Shown one piece after another: positions 25,500-34,135 of a stretch of DNA of 64,000 bases. The notes under the pieces are model-generated. The model was not told where the DNA came from. It searched no databases and saw only the letters and a program-made list of their open reading frames with translations. Numbering within the stretch: position 1 is the first letter of the stretch; every line of letters starts with the position of its first letter. Source of the stretch: an uncultured Actinomycetes bacterium (GTDB lineage: Bacteria > Actinomycetota > Thermoleophilia > Gaiellales > JAICJC01); NCBI GenBank assembly GCA_963825325.1, contig CAWGSU010000004.1, positions 1,152,334 to 1,216,333 on the forward strand. The letters are read 5' to 3'. The translations under genes and the position numbers were made by a program.

Positions 25500-25892
25500 A
25501 TGACCCCCAAGACGACCATGACGCGGACGATCCGCCTCGCGATCGGGACGGCCGCGGCGCTTGTCCTGATGACCCAGGCCGCCCAGGCGCGGCCGAGCGG
25601 TATCAATCAACGGACGGGTCTGCCGATCGTCGGCAGCATCCACCACCCTCACATGTACGTGCAGATCCCGGTGAGCCCCGCCAACAATGTCGCAGCGGCG
25701 CACGCCGGCGACACCAACTCGAGCCGGTTCGGGTCGGAGACACCGGCGCAGACCGTCCGCCTCGCGACGAGCACGGGCGGTTTCGACTGGTATGCCGCCG
25801 CGATCGGCGCCGGCACGGTGCTCGCCGTGGCACTGATCGGCGCGGCCGCGCTGACAGCGCGCGGACGCCGACGCGTCCCACTCTCGGCCTGA
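25500..25892 (+). CDS. Secreted protein with a C-terminal sorting-signal-like tail
   Basis: GAGGAAGGAG precedes ATG 25500. The signal peptide ends ..TQAAQA/RP. The C-terminus reads LATSTGG, then a hydrophobic helix, then TARGRRR. Confidence 0.5.
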   Translation: MTPKTTMTRTIRLAIGTAAALVLMTQAAQARPSGINQRTGLPIVGSIHHPHMYVQIPVSPANNVAAAHAGDTNSSRFGSETPAQTVRLATSTGGFDWYAAAIGAGTVLAVALIGAAALTARGRRRVPLSA

Positions 25893-25906
25893 TCGATCGC
25901 GGCCGA

Positions 25907-25941
25907 CCGGGCGGGCTCGAGCCTGTTCCGAGCCCGCCCGG
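25907..25941 (+). terminator. Strong GC hairpin
   Basis: The 13-bp perfect stem is CCGGGCGGGCTCG / CGAGCCCGCCCGG with a 9-nt loop, about 15 nt after the stop. Confidence 0.6.
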
Positions 25942-26313
25942 CCGAGGCGTCGGCGGCGGCGCTGCTCGCGGGGCCCTGCGGCCGTGCAGATGGCGACGCC
26001 GGCCGGCGACGCGGCCAGTCGGATCCCAGCGGGGCTAACTCCCCCCGCCGCCCCCTGGTCCGGCATTCCGAAATCTGTTGTCCTCGTGCGCGCGGCGGGC
26101 GTCTCCGGGGTCCGGGGTTGGCGTGACCGTCGAGCCGAGCGACGCAGCGAACGACGCGAACCCGAGGCACTGCGGTGCGGCCGGGACCGTTGATGCGCAC
26201 TGCGGACACCGCGGCGGTGAACCGTGCGCGTCGCCATCCGGAGGATTGAGTGGGAGGGGAGCGCCGTGCCGAACTTCCTGGGGAGGGAGAGTGCTGCGGC
26301 GCCCCCTCCCAAC

Positions 26314-26420
26314 CTTGTGACCATAACAAGTAAGGCGGCTGTGCCTATGCCCCCGATTGGATGATCCGGCGTGTGCCTATGCACATGACATCCGCATCGG
26401 GTGAGGGGATTGCATAGGCA
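26314..26420. repeat. Cluster of short repeats: CTTGT-N7-ACAAG, GTGCCTATGC x2 (direct, 32 bp apart) and TGCCTATGCA / TGCATAGGCA (inverted)
   Basis: The copies lie at 26314-26330, 26341-26350, 26373-26383 and 26411-26420. All fall in a non-coding stretch upstream of ORF 26476. Confidence 0.6.
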
Positions 26421-26475
26421 AACGGTGGCATGTACCCTGGCGCATGCGGGCACAGAAGGGCCAGGGCAGATCCAT

Positions 26476-26724
26476 ATGGGCTACTACGTGCAGCTGCGCT
26501 ATCCGCAGGGCGGACGGTGGGTGACCGTCGCGGTGTCAGACACCCGCACCAGCGCCGCCACAGTCGCCGCCAACGCATACCGAGAGAGGAACGACCCGCA
26601 AGGCCAAGCGCCGAGTCAGGTGCGGATCGTGAGTGCCGACCAGCTCGTGCGTGAAGGCGGGGAACATGAGCTCCGCATCGCCGACGCAGAACTGATCGGC
26701 GCCGCTAGGCGCGAAGGCGTCTAG
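26476..26724 (+). CDS. Hypothetical small protein (82 aa)
   Basis: The sequence reads MGYYVQLRYPQGGRWVTVAVSD... A CCGGCCG hairpin follows the stop. No homology was recognised. Confidence 0.4.
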   Translation: MGYYVQLRYPQGGRWVTVAVSDTRTSAATVAANAYRERNDPQGQAPSQVRIVSADQLVREGGEHELRIADAELIGAARREGV

Positions 26725-27052
26725 AGCGCGACCTGTAAGGGGCCACCGGCCGCTCGGGCAAACGGCCGGTCGCGCGGAGCGGAACGCTGTTCGTCTTGTC
26801 TGCGACGCGCCCCGGTCTTATGGGCAGCGGCCGACCCCAAGAGACTGCTGATCGCCACTTCCGGGAGACCCCCTCCGGGAGGCCGACCGCTGCGGAACAG
26901 ATGTTGCACGTCCGCTGGCGGCTCGAGCCTCACCCGATGCGGGTGATTGGTAGGTCACGCCACCCGGCCTGCGCTGCGTAGCGCGCGAGCCACCTGACGG
27001 CCGCGCGGTCGTACCTCTGCCGAACAGTTATGGTCTCTCCCGTGAGGGCATC

Positions 27053-27454
27053 GTGACGACGCAGGGCCCGTTCCGGGCGGAGAAGCCGACGTTGACCACG
27101 CATCCCGTGGCCGGCGGCGACGCGCTGATCTTTCCGATCACGCCGCCGCCTCCTCAGTGGTGGTGGAGGGCGCTGCGCCATCACATGGGCGCAGATCCGA
27201 CGCTCACCAGGCCGTGGGATCAGGAGCAGGACTGCCGCATCGCGGTGGTGTGCCCCGATATGGACAAGCTGGGGGACGTGATCGACGCGATCGATGCTGC
27301 GGTCGAAGCGTCAAACCGCGACTACGAGCACGAACTGGCGCTCGAGCGCGACTCGGCCGACCACCGGAGGACGGCAGAGGCCGAGCGCGAGCGGCACCTG
27401 GCCGAGATCCAGCGTGCGCTCGACGCGCGATACGCCAAGACGCCAGACACATAA
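27053..27454 (+). CDS. Hypothetical protein (start uncertain; charged, coiled-coil-like C-terminus)
   Basis: The sequence includes ..DKLGDVIDAIDAAVEASNRDYEHELALERDSADHRRTAEAERERHLAEIQRALD. An internal ATG (MGADPTL) is an alternative start. Confidence 0.4.
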   Translation: MTTQGPFRAEKPTLTTHPVAGGDALIFPITPPPPQWWWRALRHHMGADPTLTRPWDQEQDCRIAVVCPDMDKLGDVIDAIDAAVEASNRDYEHELALERDSADHRRTAEAERERHLAEIQRALDARYAKTPDT

Positions 27455-27481
27455 GCGCAGGTGTGGCGGGCTCTTGTTGAA

Positions 27482-27570
27482 CGGAGGGGGAGGGATTCGA
27501 ACCCTCGGTACGCCTAACGACGCACAACGGTTTTCGAGACCGCCGCATTCAACCACTCTGCCACCCCTCC
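27482..27570 (-). tRNA. tRNA-Ser (anticodon CGA)
   Basis: The reverse complement folds as a class II cloverleaf. The acceptor is GGAGGGG/CCCCTCC, the D arm is GCA..TGC, and the anticodon loop is CTCGAAA. It has a long variable arm and the T arm GAGGGTTCGAATCCCTC. CCA is not encoded. Confidence 0.9.
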
Positions 27571-27610
27571 GGGAGGCCGCGCCATTCTACTCGGATACGC
27601 TTCCCGGCCC

Positions 27611-28777
27611 ATGGCCACGCCCGTCCCGAGCACGCCCGACCTGACCGACGAGCAGCGTGAGATCCAGGCGCTCGCGCGCGACTTCGCGCGGGCCGAGATC
27701 CGCCCGATCGCCGCGGAGGTCGACGAGTCCGACGTCGTCTCGCCGCTCGCGGTCGTCGCCCGCGCGGCCGAGGTCGGGCTGACGTCATACATGCTTCCCG
27801 AGGAGGTCGGCGGCGGCGGCATCGGCGACGTGCTCACGGGCTGCGTCGTGCAGGAGGAGCTGAACTGGGGCTGCGCGGCGATCGGCAACCTGATCACCTC
27901 GGCCGGCTTCTTCGCCCGGCCGCTGCTCGAGGTGGGAACGCCGGCGCAGCGCGAGCGCTGGCTGCGGCCTTTGTGCGGGGCGCGGCCGCCGCTGACGGCG
28001 CTCGCCTCGACCGAGCCCGGCGTCGGCTCCGACGCTGCCGCGATGACCACCGCCGCCGTAAGGACCGGCTCGGGCTACCGCCTGAACGGGCAGAAGACCT
28101 GGATCTCCAACGGCGGCCTGGCCGAGTTCTATGTCATCTTCGCCACCGTCGCCCCGGGCACCGGCTCGCGCGGCGTCACCGCGTTCGTGGTCGAGAAGGG
28201 CGACGCCGGCGTCTCGTTCGGCGAGCCGATGCGCAAGCACGGCCAGCGCGCGATCGTCTCGACCGAGGTGTTCCTGCACGACGTCGATCTGCCGGCCGAC
28301 CGGCTCCTCGGCGAGGAGGGCAAGGGCTTCTACAGCCTGATGCACACCTTCGACGAGTCGCGCGTGCACCTGGCCGCAGGCGCGATCGGCATCGCCCGTG
28401 CGGCGCTCGAGTACGCCACCGAGTACGCCCGCGAGCGCACGGCGTTCGGCAAGCCGATCGGCCAGCACCAGGCGGTCGGGTTCCGGCTCGCCGACATGGC
28501 GACGCGCATCGACGCCGCGCGCCTGCTCACCCACCGTGCCGCCCGGTCGATGGATGCCGGCCGCCATGTCCCCGCCGAGGCGGCGATGGCCAAGCTCTTT
28601 GCATCAGAGGCGGCGACGTGGTGCACCTGGGCGGCGGTGCAGACCCTCGGCGGCTGGGGCTATTCGCGCGAGTACCCGGTCGAGAAGTGGATGCGCGACG
28701 CAAAGCTCGAGGAGATCGAGGAGGGCACCTCGGATATCCAGCGCCTCATCATCGCGCGCAGCCTGCTCGGCCGCTGA
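27611..28777 (+). CDS. Acyl-CoA dehydrogenase
   Basis: The sequence reads [16 protein letters not shown].., with [19 protein letters not shown] and the C-terminal [16 protein letters not shown]. Confidence 0.95.
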   Translation: MATPVPSTPDLTDEQREIQALARDFARAEIRPIAAEVDESDVVSPLAVVARAAEVGLTSYMLPEEVGGGGIGDVLTGCVVQEELNWGCAAIGNLITSAGFFARPLLEVGTPAQRERWLRPLCGARPPLTALASTEPGVGSDAAAMTTAAVRTGSGYRLNGQKTWISNGGLAEFYVIFATVAPGTGSRGVTAFVVEKGDAGVSFGEPMRKHGQRAIVSTEVFLHDVDLPADRLLGEEGKGFYSLMHTFDESRVHLAAGAIGIARAALEYATEYARERTAFGKPIGQHQAVGFRLADMATRIDAARLLTHRAARSMDAGRHVPAEAAMAKLFASEAATWCTWAAVQTLGGWGYSREYPVEKWMRDAKLEEIEEGTSDIQRLIIARSLLGR

Positions 28778-28829
28778 CGCAGCCGGGCGGGGCGCTCAAA
28801 AAGCGGGGTCGTCCGCCGATCCTCCGGAC

Positions 28830-30401
28830 GTGAGGGTCAATCGGCGGAAGCTTCTGGTGAGCGCGGCCGGCATGGTCGCTTCGGGCAACCTGCTCGTGGC
28901 GGCGTGCAGCAGCGGGGCGACCGCCCCGCCGTACCGGTGGCGCAAGGGCGCGATGGACGGCGGCGGCTACTGCAATGCCATCGCCACCGATCCGCTCTCG
29001 CCCGGGCATGCGGCCGCCGCGGGCGACGTATGGGGCGAGTTCGCGACCAGGACGGGCGGCGCGCTCTGGTACCCGACGATGATCGGGGCGACGTCGATCG
29101 GCGACATCTACGGCCGCGCGGTCGCCTACTCGCGGCGCACCCCGGGGCTGCGCTACTACGGGATCGGCGTGCTCAAGGACGTGAACCCCAAACAGGGATA
29201 CCTCGGCGCCGTCGCGCCGGGCTCGATGACCCTGCAGACCCGAAACGACGACATCGGCTTCTCGACCTACCTGCCCGACGGCGCCGCCCACGACCTGCCG
29301 CGCGCCGCCGGGACGCTGATCGTGGTCGACGATGACGCGCACTCCGGCACCGAGTACCTGTACGTGCTCGCCCGGCAGGGCTTGCTGCGATCCGAGAACG
29401 GCGGCATGTCGTTCACGCCGCTCGGCCTGCCCGCGGTGCAGCCGCGGGCGGCATGGGCGGCGCTCTGCCTGTGCCCGGACGGGTCGCTGCTCGTCGCGAG
29501 CTACCGCACGAGCGACACGGCGGGCTCGCAGGTATGGCGGATCACGAACCCGCGTGGCCATGCCACCGTCACGCTCGTCGCAGGCGCGCCGGCGGTCGTC
29601 GAGGACATCGCGGTCGTCGACGGCGTCGTCTATGCCGCGTGCGGGACCTACGGCCTCTACCGGGTCGATCCGGCGGGCGGGTGGACGGCGCTCGCGCCGG
29701 GCACGTTCCACGGCTGCCACCTCTCGTCGGTCGCCGGCCACAGCGGAGTCCTCTGGGTCGGCAACGGCATCGGCATGACCGACCACCGCTACATCGCCCG
29801 CTCGCGCGACGCCGGCCGGAGCTTCGTCTGGACGACGACCGCGGGGCACGTCTCGAGCGCGGTGCTCGGCGCCGGCCGCAGCTGGTGGCTCGGCTCGGCG
29901 TGGCCCACGCTCGCCGGGCACGCCTATTCGGTGAGCCAGCTCGCCGTCGATCCCGCGAACGCGAACATCTGCTACTCCGCGGGTCGCAGCGGCGTCCTCG
30001 TCACCCGTGACGGCGGCGTCACCTGGCAGCCGGCGATGAACGGGCTCGACGGGTCGGAGGTGAACCAGGTGCAGGCGGGGCCGGCCTCCGGAGAGGCCTG
30101 GGCGACCGACACGGACTGGATCGGCATCCACACCACCGACCACTGGCGCACGTGTGTGCGCGTCCCCGACGTTGCCGATCTGCCGCCGATGCACGCGCCG
30201 GCGCTCGTGCGGACGCGGTCCGGCGTCCGCTACGAGGTCGCGCTCTCGAACCCGCGGCAGATGCTCGTGAACGGCCTCGACGTCGCCAGCACGTTCTTCC
30301 GCTCGGCCTGCATCACGCCCACCGATCTCGACGTCTCGAGCGACGGTCGCATCTACGTCGGCCTCAAGGGCGGCGGCGTGCTGGTCGGCCACCGCGCCTA
30401 G
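28830..30401 (+). CDS. Tat/lipoprotein-signal BNR-like beta-propeller protein
   Basis: GTG 28830 gives VRVNRRKLLVSAAGMVASGNLLVAACSS (twin-Arg plus lipobox). BNR-like motifs are SENGGMSF, SRDAGRSF and TRDGGVTW. Confidence 0.7.
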   Translation: MRVNRRKLLVSAAGMVASGNLLVAACSSGATAPPYRWRKGAMDGGGYCNAIATDPLSPGHAAAAGDVWGEFATRTGGALWYPTMIGATSIGDIYGRAVAYSRRTPGLRYYGIGVLKDVNPKQGYLGAVAPGSMTLQTRNDDIGFSTYLPDGAAHDLPRAAGTLIVVDDDAHSGTEYLYVLARQGLLRSENGGMSFTPLGLPAVQPRAAWAALCLCPDGSLLVASYRTSDTAGSQVWRITNPRGHATVTLVAGAPAVVEDIAVVDGVVYAACGTYGLYRVDPAGGWTALAPGTFHGCHLSSVAGHSGVLWVGNGIGMTDHRYIARSRDAGRSFVWTTTAGHVSSAVLGAGRSWWLGSAWPTLAGHAYSVSQLAVDPANANICYSAGRSGVLVTRDGGVTWQPAMNGLDGSEVNQVQAGPASGEAWATDTDWIGIHTTDHWRTCVRVPDVADLPPMHAPALVRTRSGVRYEVALSNPRQMLVNGLDVASTFFRSACITPTDLDVSSDGRIYVGLKGGGVLVGHRA

Positions 30402-30406
30402 CGGCG

Positions 30407-31165
30407 CTACCGGCGCTTCTCGGTAAAGGCGGTTGCCGCGTCCTGCGCGTCCGCCGTTCCCGCGAGCATGCCGTAGCCGAGCTGCTCCATGAGCACGGCC
30501 GCCTCGCGCGACGACTCCGCGGCCAGGTCGATCGTGCGCTTGGCCACCTGCAGGGCGAGCGGCGGGAGCGCCGCGAGCTCCTGCGCGATCTCGAGCGCCC
30601 GTGTGAGCGCGTCGTCCTCGGCCAGGACGCTGACGAGGCCGAGCACGTACGCCTCGCCGCCCTCGAAGCGGCGGCCGCGCAGGACGAGCTCCTTGGCGCG
30701 CGCCGGCCCGATCGCGCGGGTCAGGCGCAGGATCCCGCCGGAGCTCGGGATGATGCCGAGCCCCACCTCCGGCAGGCCGAACGTGGCCGTGGCATCGGCG
30801 ACGCGGATGTCGGTCGCGAGCGCGAGCTCGAGGCCGCCGCCCAGGCAGTAGCCCGAGATCGCGGCCACCGTCGGCTGCGGCAGCCGGGCGATGCGCTCGT
30901 AGACGCCACCGGTCGCGTCGTAGTAGGCCAGCACCGATGCGGCGTCGGCGTCGCGGAACTCGGTCACGTCGGCGCCGGCCGAGAACGCCCGCGGGCCGCC
31001 GGTGATGACGACGCAGCGGCTCTCGCGCACCGCGGCGGTCTCGATGGCCGCGCCGAGCCTCTCCTCCATCACCGCCGAGAGGGCGTTCAGCTTGTGCTCG
31101 CGCTGCAGCTCGACCACGGCGACGGCGCCGTCGCGGCGAACGCCCACTGCCTGATCATCGGCCAT
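30407..31165 (-). CDS. Enoyl-CoA hydratase/isomerase
   Basis: The N-terminal part reads VAVVELQREHKLNALS..VVITGGPRAFSAGADVTEF, followed by GYCLGGGLELALATD. Confidence 0.9.
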   Translation of the reverse strand: MADDQAVGVRRDGAVAVVELQREHKLNALSAVMEERLGAAIETAAVRESRCVVITGGPRAFSAGADVTEFRDADAASVLAYYDATGGVYERIARLPQPTVAAISGYCLGGGLELALATDIRVADATATFGLPEVGLGIIPSSGGILRLTRAIGPARAKELVLRGRRFEGGEAYVLGLVSVLAEDDALTRALEIAQELAALPPLALQVAKRTIDLAAESSREAAVLMEQLGYGMLAGTADAQDAATAFTEKRR

Positions 31166-31179
31166 CCGTGCGGTCCTCG

Positions 31180-32295
31180 CTAGTGGGGCGCGACGGCTTC
31201 TTCGTCGAGCGGCGCGAGCGCGGCGCCGGTGTCGGTGAGGACGCGCAGCGCCTCGGGGGGCAGATAGGCCTGCACCGGTGTGCCCTGCTTCCACGGGATC
31301 TCGGCGCCCGCGTTCTGCACGAGCACCTGGATCGTCGCCCCGACGGCCAGTCGCGTGATCACCTGCACGGACGGGCCCAGGTAGACCAGCCGCTCGACCA
31401 TGCCCGGGATGCGGTTCGGCCCACCGTCGGTGTGCTCCTCGAGCTGCACGCGCTCGGGCCGGATCGTGACCTTGCTCGGCCCGCGGGCGTCGGTCTTGCC
31501 CTGCAGCGCGTCGAGCTCGAAGTCGCCCACCATCAGGCGGCAGATGTTCGCGCCGCCCACGGCCTCGGCGTCCATCAGGTTCGAGGCCCCCAGGAAGTCG
31601 GCCACGAAGACCGTCTCCGGCTCCTCGTAGATCTCGCGCGGAGGCCCCACCTGCTCGACCTTGCCGTCGGCCATGACCGCGATCCGGTCGCTCATCGTGA
31701 GCGCCTCCTCCTGGTCATGCGTGACGTAGATGAAGGTGATCCCCACCTGCTGCTGCAGCGCCTTCAGCTCGACCTGGAGCGCCTTTCGCAGCTTGGCGTC
31801 GAGCGCGCCGAGCGGCTCGTCGAGCAGGAGCACGGCCGGCTTCAGCACGAGCGCGCGGGCGAGCGCCACGCGCTGCTGCTGGCCGCCGGACATCTGCCCC
31901 GGCTTGCGCTTCTCGAAGCCCGTGAGCTGCACGAGCTCGAGCGCCTCTGAGACGCGCTGGCGCAGCTCCTGCTTGCCGACTCTCTGCCTGCGCAGGCCAA
32001 ACGCGACGTTGTCGCCCACGTTCAGGTGCGGGAACAGGGCGTAGTTCTGGAACACCGTGTTCACGTTGCGCTTGTGCGGCGGCGTGTAGGCCATGTCGGC
32101 CCCGTCGAGCAGGATCTTGCCCTCGGTCGGCTGCTCGAACCCGGCGATCATCCGCAGGGTCGTCGTCTTGCCGCAGCCCGACGGCCCGAGCATCGAGAAG
32201 AACTCGCCGCTCGGCATGTCGACGTTGATCCCCGCGACGGCCGCGACGTCGCCGAAGCGCTTGACCAGGTCGACCAGGGTGACTTCGCCGGGCAT
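31180..32295 (-). CDS. ABC transporter ATPase (PotA-like)
   Basis: Motifs seen are GPSGCGKTT, LSGGQQQRVALARAL and LLLDEP. A C-terminal TOBE-like domain is present. Confidence 0.9.
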   Translation of the reverse strand: MPGEVTLVDLVKRFGDVAAVAGINVDMPSGEFFSMLGPSGCGKTTTLRMIAGFEQPTEGKILLDGADMAYTPPHKRNVNTVFQNYALFPHLNVGDNVAFGLRRQRVGKQELRQRVSEALELVQLTGFEKRKPGQMSGGQQQRVALARALVLKPAVLLLDEPLGALDAKLRKALQVELKALQQQVGITFIYVTHDQEEALTMSDRIAVMADGKVEQVGPPREIYEEPETVFVADFLGASNLMDAEAVGGANICRLMVGDFELDALQGKTDARGPSKVTIRPERVQLEEHTDGGPNRIPGMVERLVYLGPSVQVITRLAVGATIQVLVQNAGAEIPWKQGTPVQAYLPPEALRVLTDTGAALAPLDEEAVAPH

Positions 32296-32309
32296 CGGTC
32301 TCCAGCCTA

Positions 32310-33236
32310 CTAAATGTCGAATGCGGCCATGTCGCCGACCATGCCCTGGCCGGCCTGACGCTCGCCGCGTGTGAAGATGCGGTACCCCACGTAGCCGAGC
32401 ACGACCGAGGCGAGCGTGATCACGGACAGGATCGTGGCGATGGCGTTGGTGGACGGGAGCGGCGCCGCGCGGGTGGCGGAATAGATGACCATCGGCACGG
32501 TCGTCGAGCCGCCGCCATTCGAGAGCCAGTAGGAGATCACGAAGTCGTCGATCGAGATCGCGAAGCAGATCGCCGCGCCCGCCACGATCGCCGGCGTGAG
32601 CAGCGGCAGGAGCACCTTCGTGAGCGCGACCCGCGGCGACGCGCCCAGGTCGGCCGCCGCCTCCTCGTACTGTTTGCCGATCGAGAACAGGCGCCCGCGC
32701 ACGATGACGACGACGTAGGAGATCGAGAACGTGACGTGGCCGAGCACCTGGGCGAGCGTCCCGGTGTGGATGAACGTGAACAGGTTCGTGAACACGAGCA
32801 GGAGCGACACGCCCATCACGATCTCGGGCGTTACGAGCGGGAAGAGCATGATGAAGTTCGACACGCCGGAGCCCCGCCCGCGCCAGCGGGCCAGGCCGAG
32901 GGCGAGCAGGACTCCGAGCGGCGTCGCGATGATGACGTCCAGGGCCGCGAGCTTGAGGCTCTGCTGCAGCGCGCTCGAGAGGCCGGGGTCGTTGATCACC
33001 GAGCCCGGGTCGCTGATGTACCAGCGGGTCGAGAATCCTGCCCAGATCGTGCGCGACCGGCTGTCGTTGAACGAGTACTGCACCGCGATCAGCACCGGCA
33101 CGATCGCCCAGATCATGTACGCCCACGTGAACACGACCAGGAAGCGCGGCCGGCCCCAGGGGTTGGCCATCCAGCCGCGGGCGCGGCGCAGTGCCGATGG
33201 GCGCTGCGTGGGTGCGGTTGCCGTTGCGGTGGTCAT
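32310..33236 (-). CDS. ABC transporter permease (PotC-like)
   Basis: It is a polytopic protein with the EAA-type loop YEEAAADLGASPRVALTKVLLP. Confidence 0.9.
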   Translation of the reverse strand: MTTATATAPTQRPSALRRARGWMANPWGRPRFLVVFTWAYMIWAIVPVLIAVQYSFNDSRSRTIWAGFSTRWYISDPGSVINDPGLSSALQQSLKLAALDVIIATPLGVLLALGLARWRGRGSGVSNFIMLFPLVTPEIVMGVSLLLVFTNLFTFIHTGTLAQVLGHVTFSISYVVVIVRGRLFSIGKQYEEAAADLGASPRVALTKVLLPLLTPAIVAGAAICFAISIDDFVISYWLSNGGGSTTVPMVIYSATRAAPLPSTNAIATILSVITLASVVLGYVGYRIFTRGERQAGQGMVGDMAAFDI

Positions 33237-34132
33237 GCCCGCTGCTCCCTCGTCGTGCGCGCGACGGTGACCATGTAGTAGGCCATCAGCACCACCAGGA
33301 AGGCCGACAGGATCAGCGTCAGCGCAGCGCCGATGGTCGGCTGCGACGTGTAGTGGAAGTAGAGGTCGATCTGGTTTCCGAGCATCGAGGTGGTCGGCGC
33401 GCCGGAGACGATGTTCGGCGTGTAGTAGTCACCGAACATCGGCAGGGCGACGAGGACGCACCCGCCCAGGATGCCGGTCTTCGACAGCGGCAGCGTGACG
33501 TGCAGGAACGTCCGCCACGGGCTCGCGCCCAGGTCGCGGGCCGCCTCGAGCACGCTCTTGTCGATCCGATCAAGCGCGGCGTAGAGGGGCAGGATCAGGA
33601 AGGGGATGTACCCGTACACGAGCGCGAAGATCACGGTGATCGAGCGGCCGTCAAGCCAGCCGTACGGCTGCGTGATGACGTGTGACCAGATCAGGAACCG
33701 GTTCACGTAGCCGTCCGGCGCGAGCAGGTTCACCCACGCCAGCATCCGCATCAGGTAGCTGATCCAGAGCGGCAGGATCAGCAGGATCAGGAGCAGGCTC
33801 TTCGTCCGCGAGGCGTGCCGGGCGATGTAGTAGGCGACCGGGTAGCCGATCCCGATGCACATTGCGAGCGATACCGCCACGTACTCGCACGTGCGCACGG
33901 CCACGCCCCAAAGGTCGTTCCCGCTCGCGAACGGGCTCAGCCGCGAGAGCGCCTCGCTGACCCAGCCGATGTTCCAGTCGAGCGGGTTCCAGGCCGGGAT
34001 CGGCGTGAGCAGCGTCGGGTCGACCGATCCGAACGCCACCGCCGTCACGGCGTAGAACGGGATGATGAACAGGATGATGAGCCAGACGACGCCCGGAAGC
34101 GCGAATCCTTGCCACAGTCCCCGCGGGTACAT
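33233..34132 (-). CDS. ABC transporter permease (PotB-like)
   Basis: The EAA loop is LEAARDLGASPWRTFLHVTLP. It overlaps the downstream permease by 4 nt. Confidence 0.9.
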   Translation of the reverse strand: MYPRGLWQGFALPGVVWLIILFIIPFYAVTAVAFGSVDPTLLTPIPAWNPLDWNIGWVSEALSRLSPFASGNDLWGVAVRTCEYVAVSLAMCIGIGYPVAYYIARHASRTKSLLLILLILPLWISYLMRMLAWVNLLAPDGYVNRFLIWSHVITQPYGWLDGRSITVIFALVYGYIPFLILPLYAALDRIDKSVLEAARDLGASPWRTFLHVTLPLSKTGILGGCVLVALPMFGDYYTPNIVSGAPTTSMLGNQIDLYFHYTSQPTIGAALTLILSAFLVVLMAYYMVTVARTTREQRA

Positions 34133-34135
34133 CGG

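Noticed and set aside
26341-26420. Repeated 10-mers as a possible CRISPR array.
   Set aside because: There are only three copies of a 10-bp motif, and one is inverted. There are no 25-40-bp repeats, no regular spacers and no cas genes. I report it as an operator- or iteron-like array instead.
26930-27184. An 84-aa minus-strand ORF in the tRNA-flanking islet, considered as a remnant of a mobile-element gene.
   Set aside because: Its N-terminal half is poly-Arg/Pro shadow. It overlaps the start of the plus-strand ORF 27053. I recognise no family signature, so it is not supportable.
30423-30438. GGTAAAGGCGGTTGCC as a fourth GTAA-type operator.
   Set aside because: The right arm is imperfect and the spacer is unrelated to TC[AC]GGG. 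It lies at the convergent 3' ends of two genes, inside the enoyl-CoA hydratase coding end, so it is not in a promoter.
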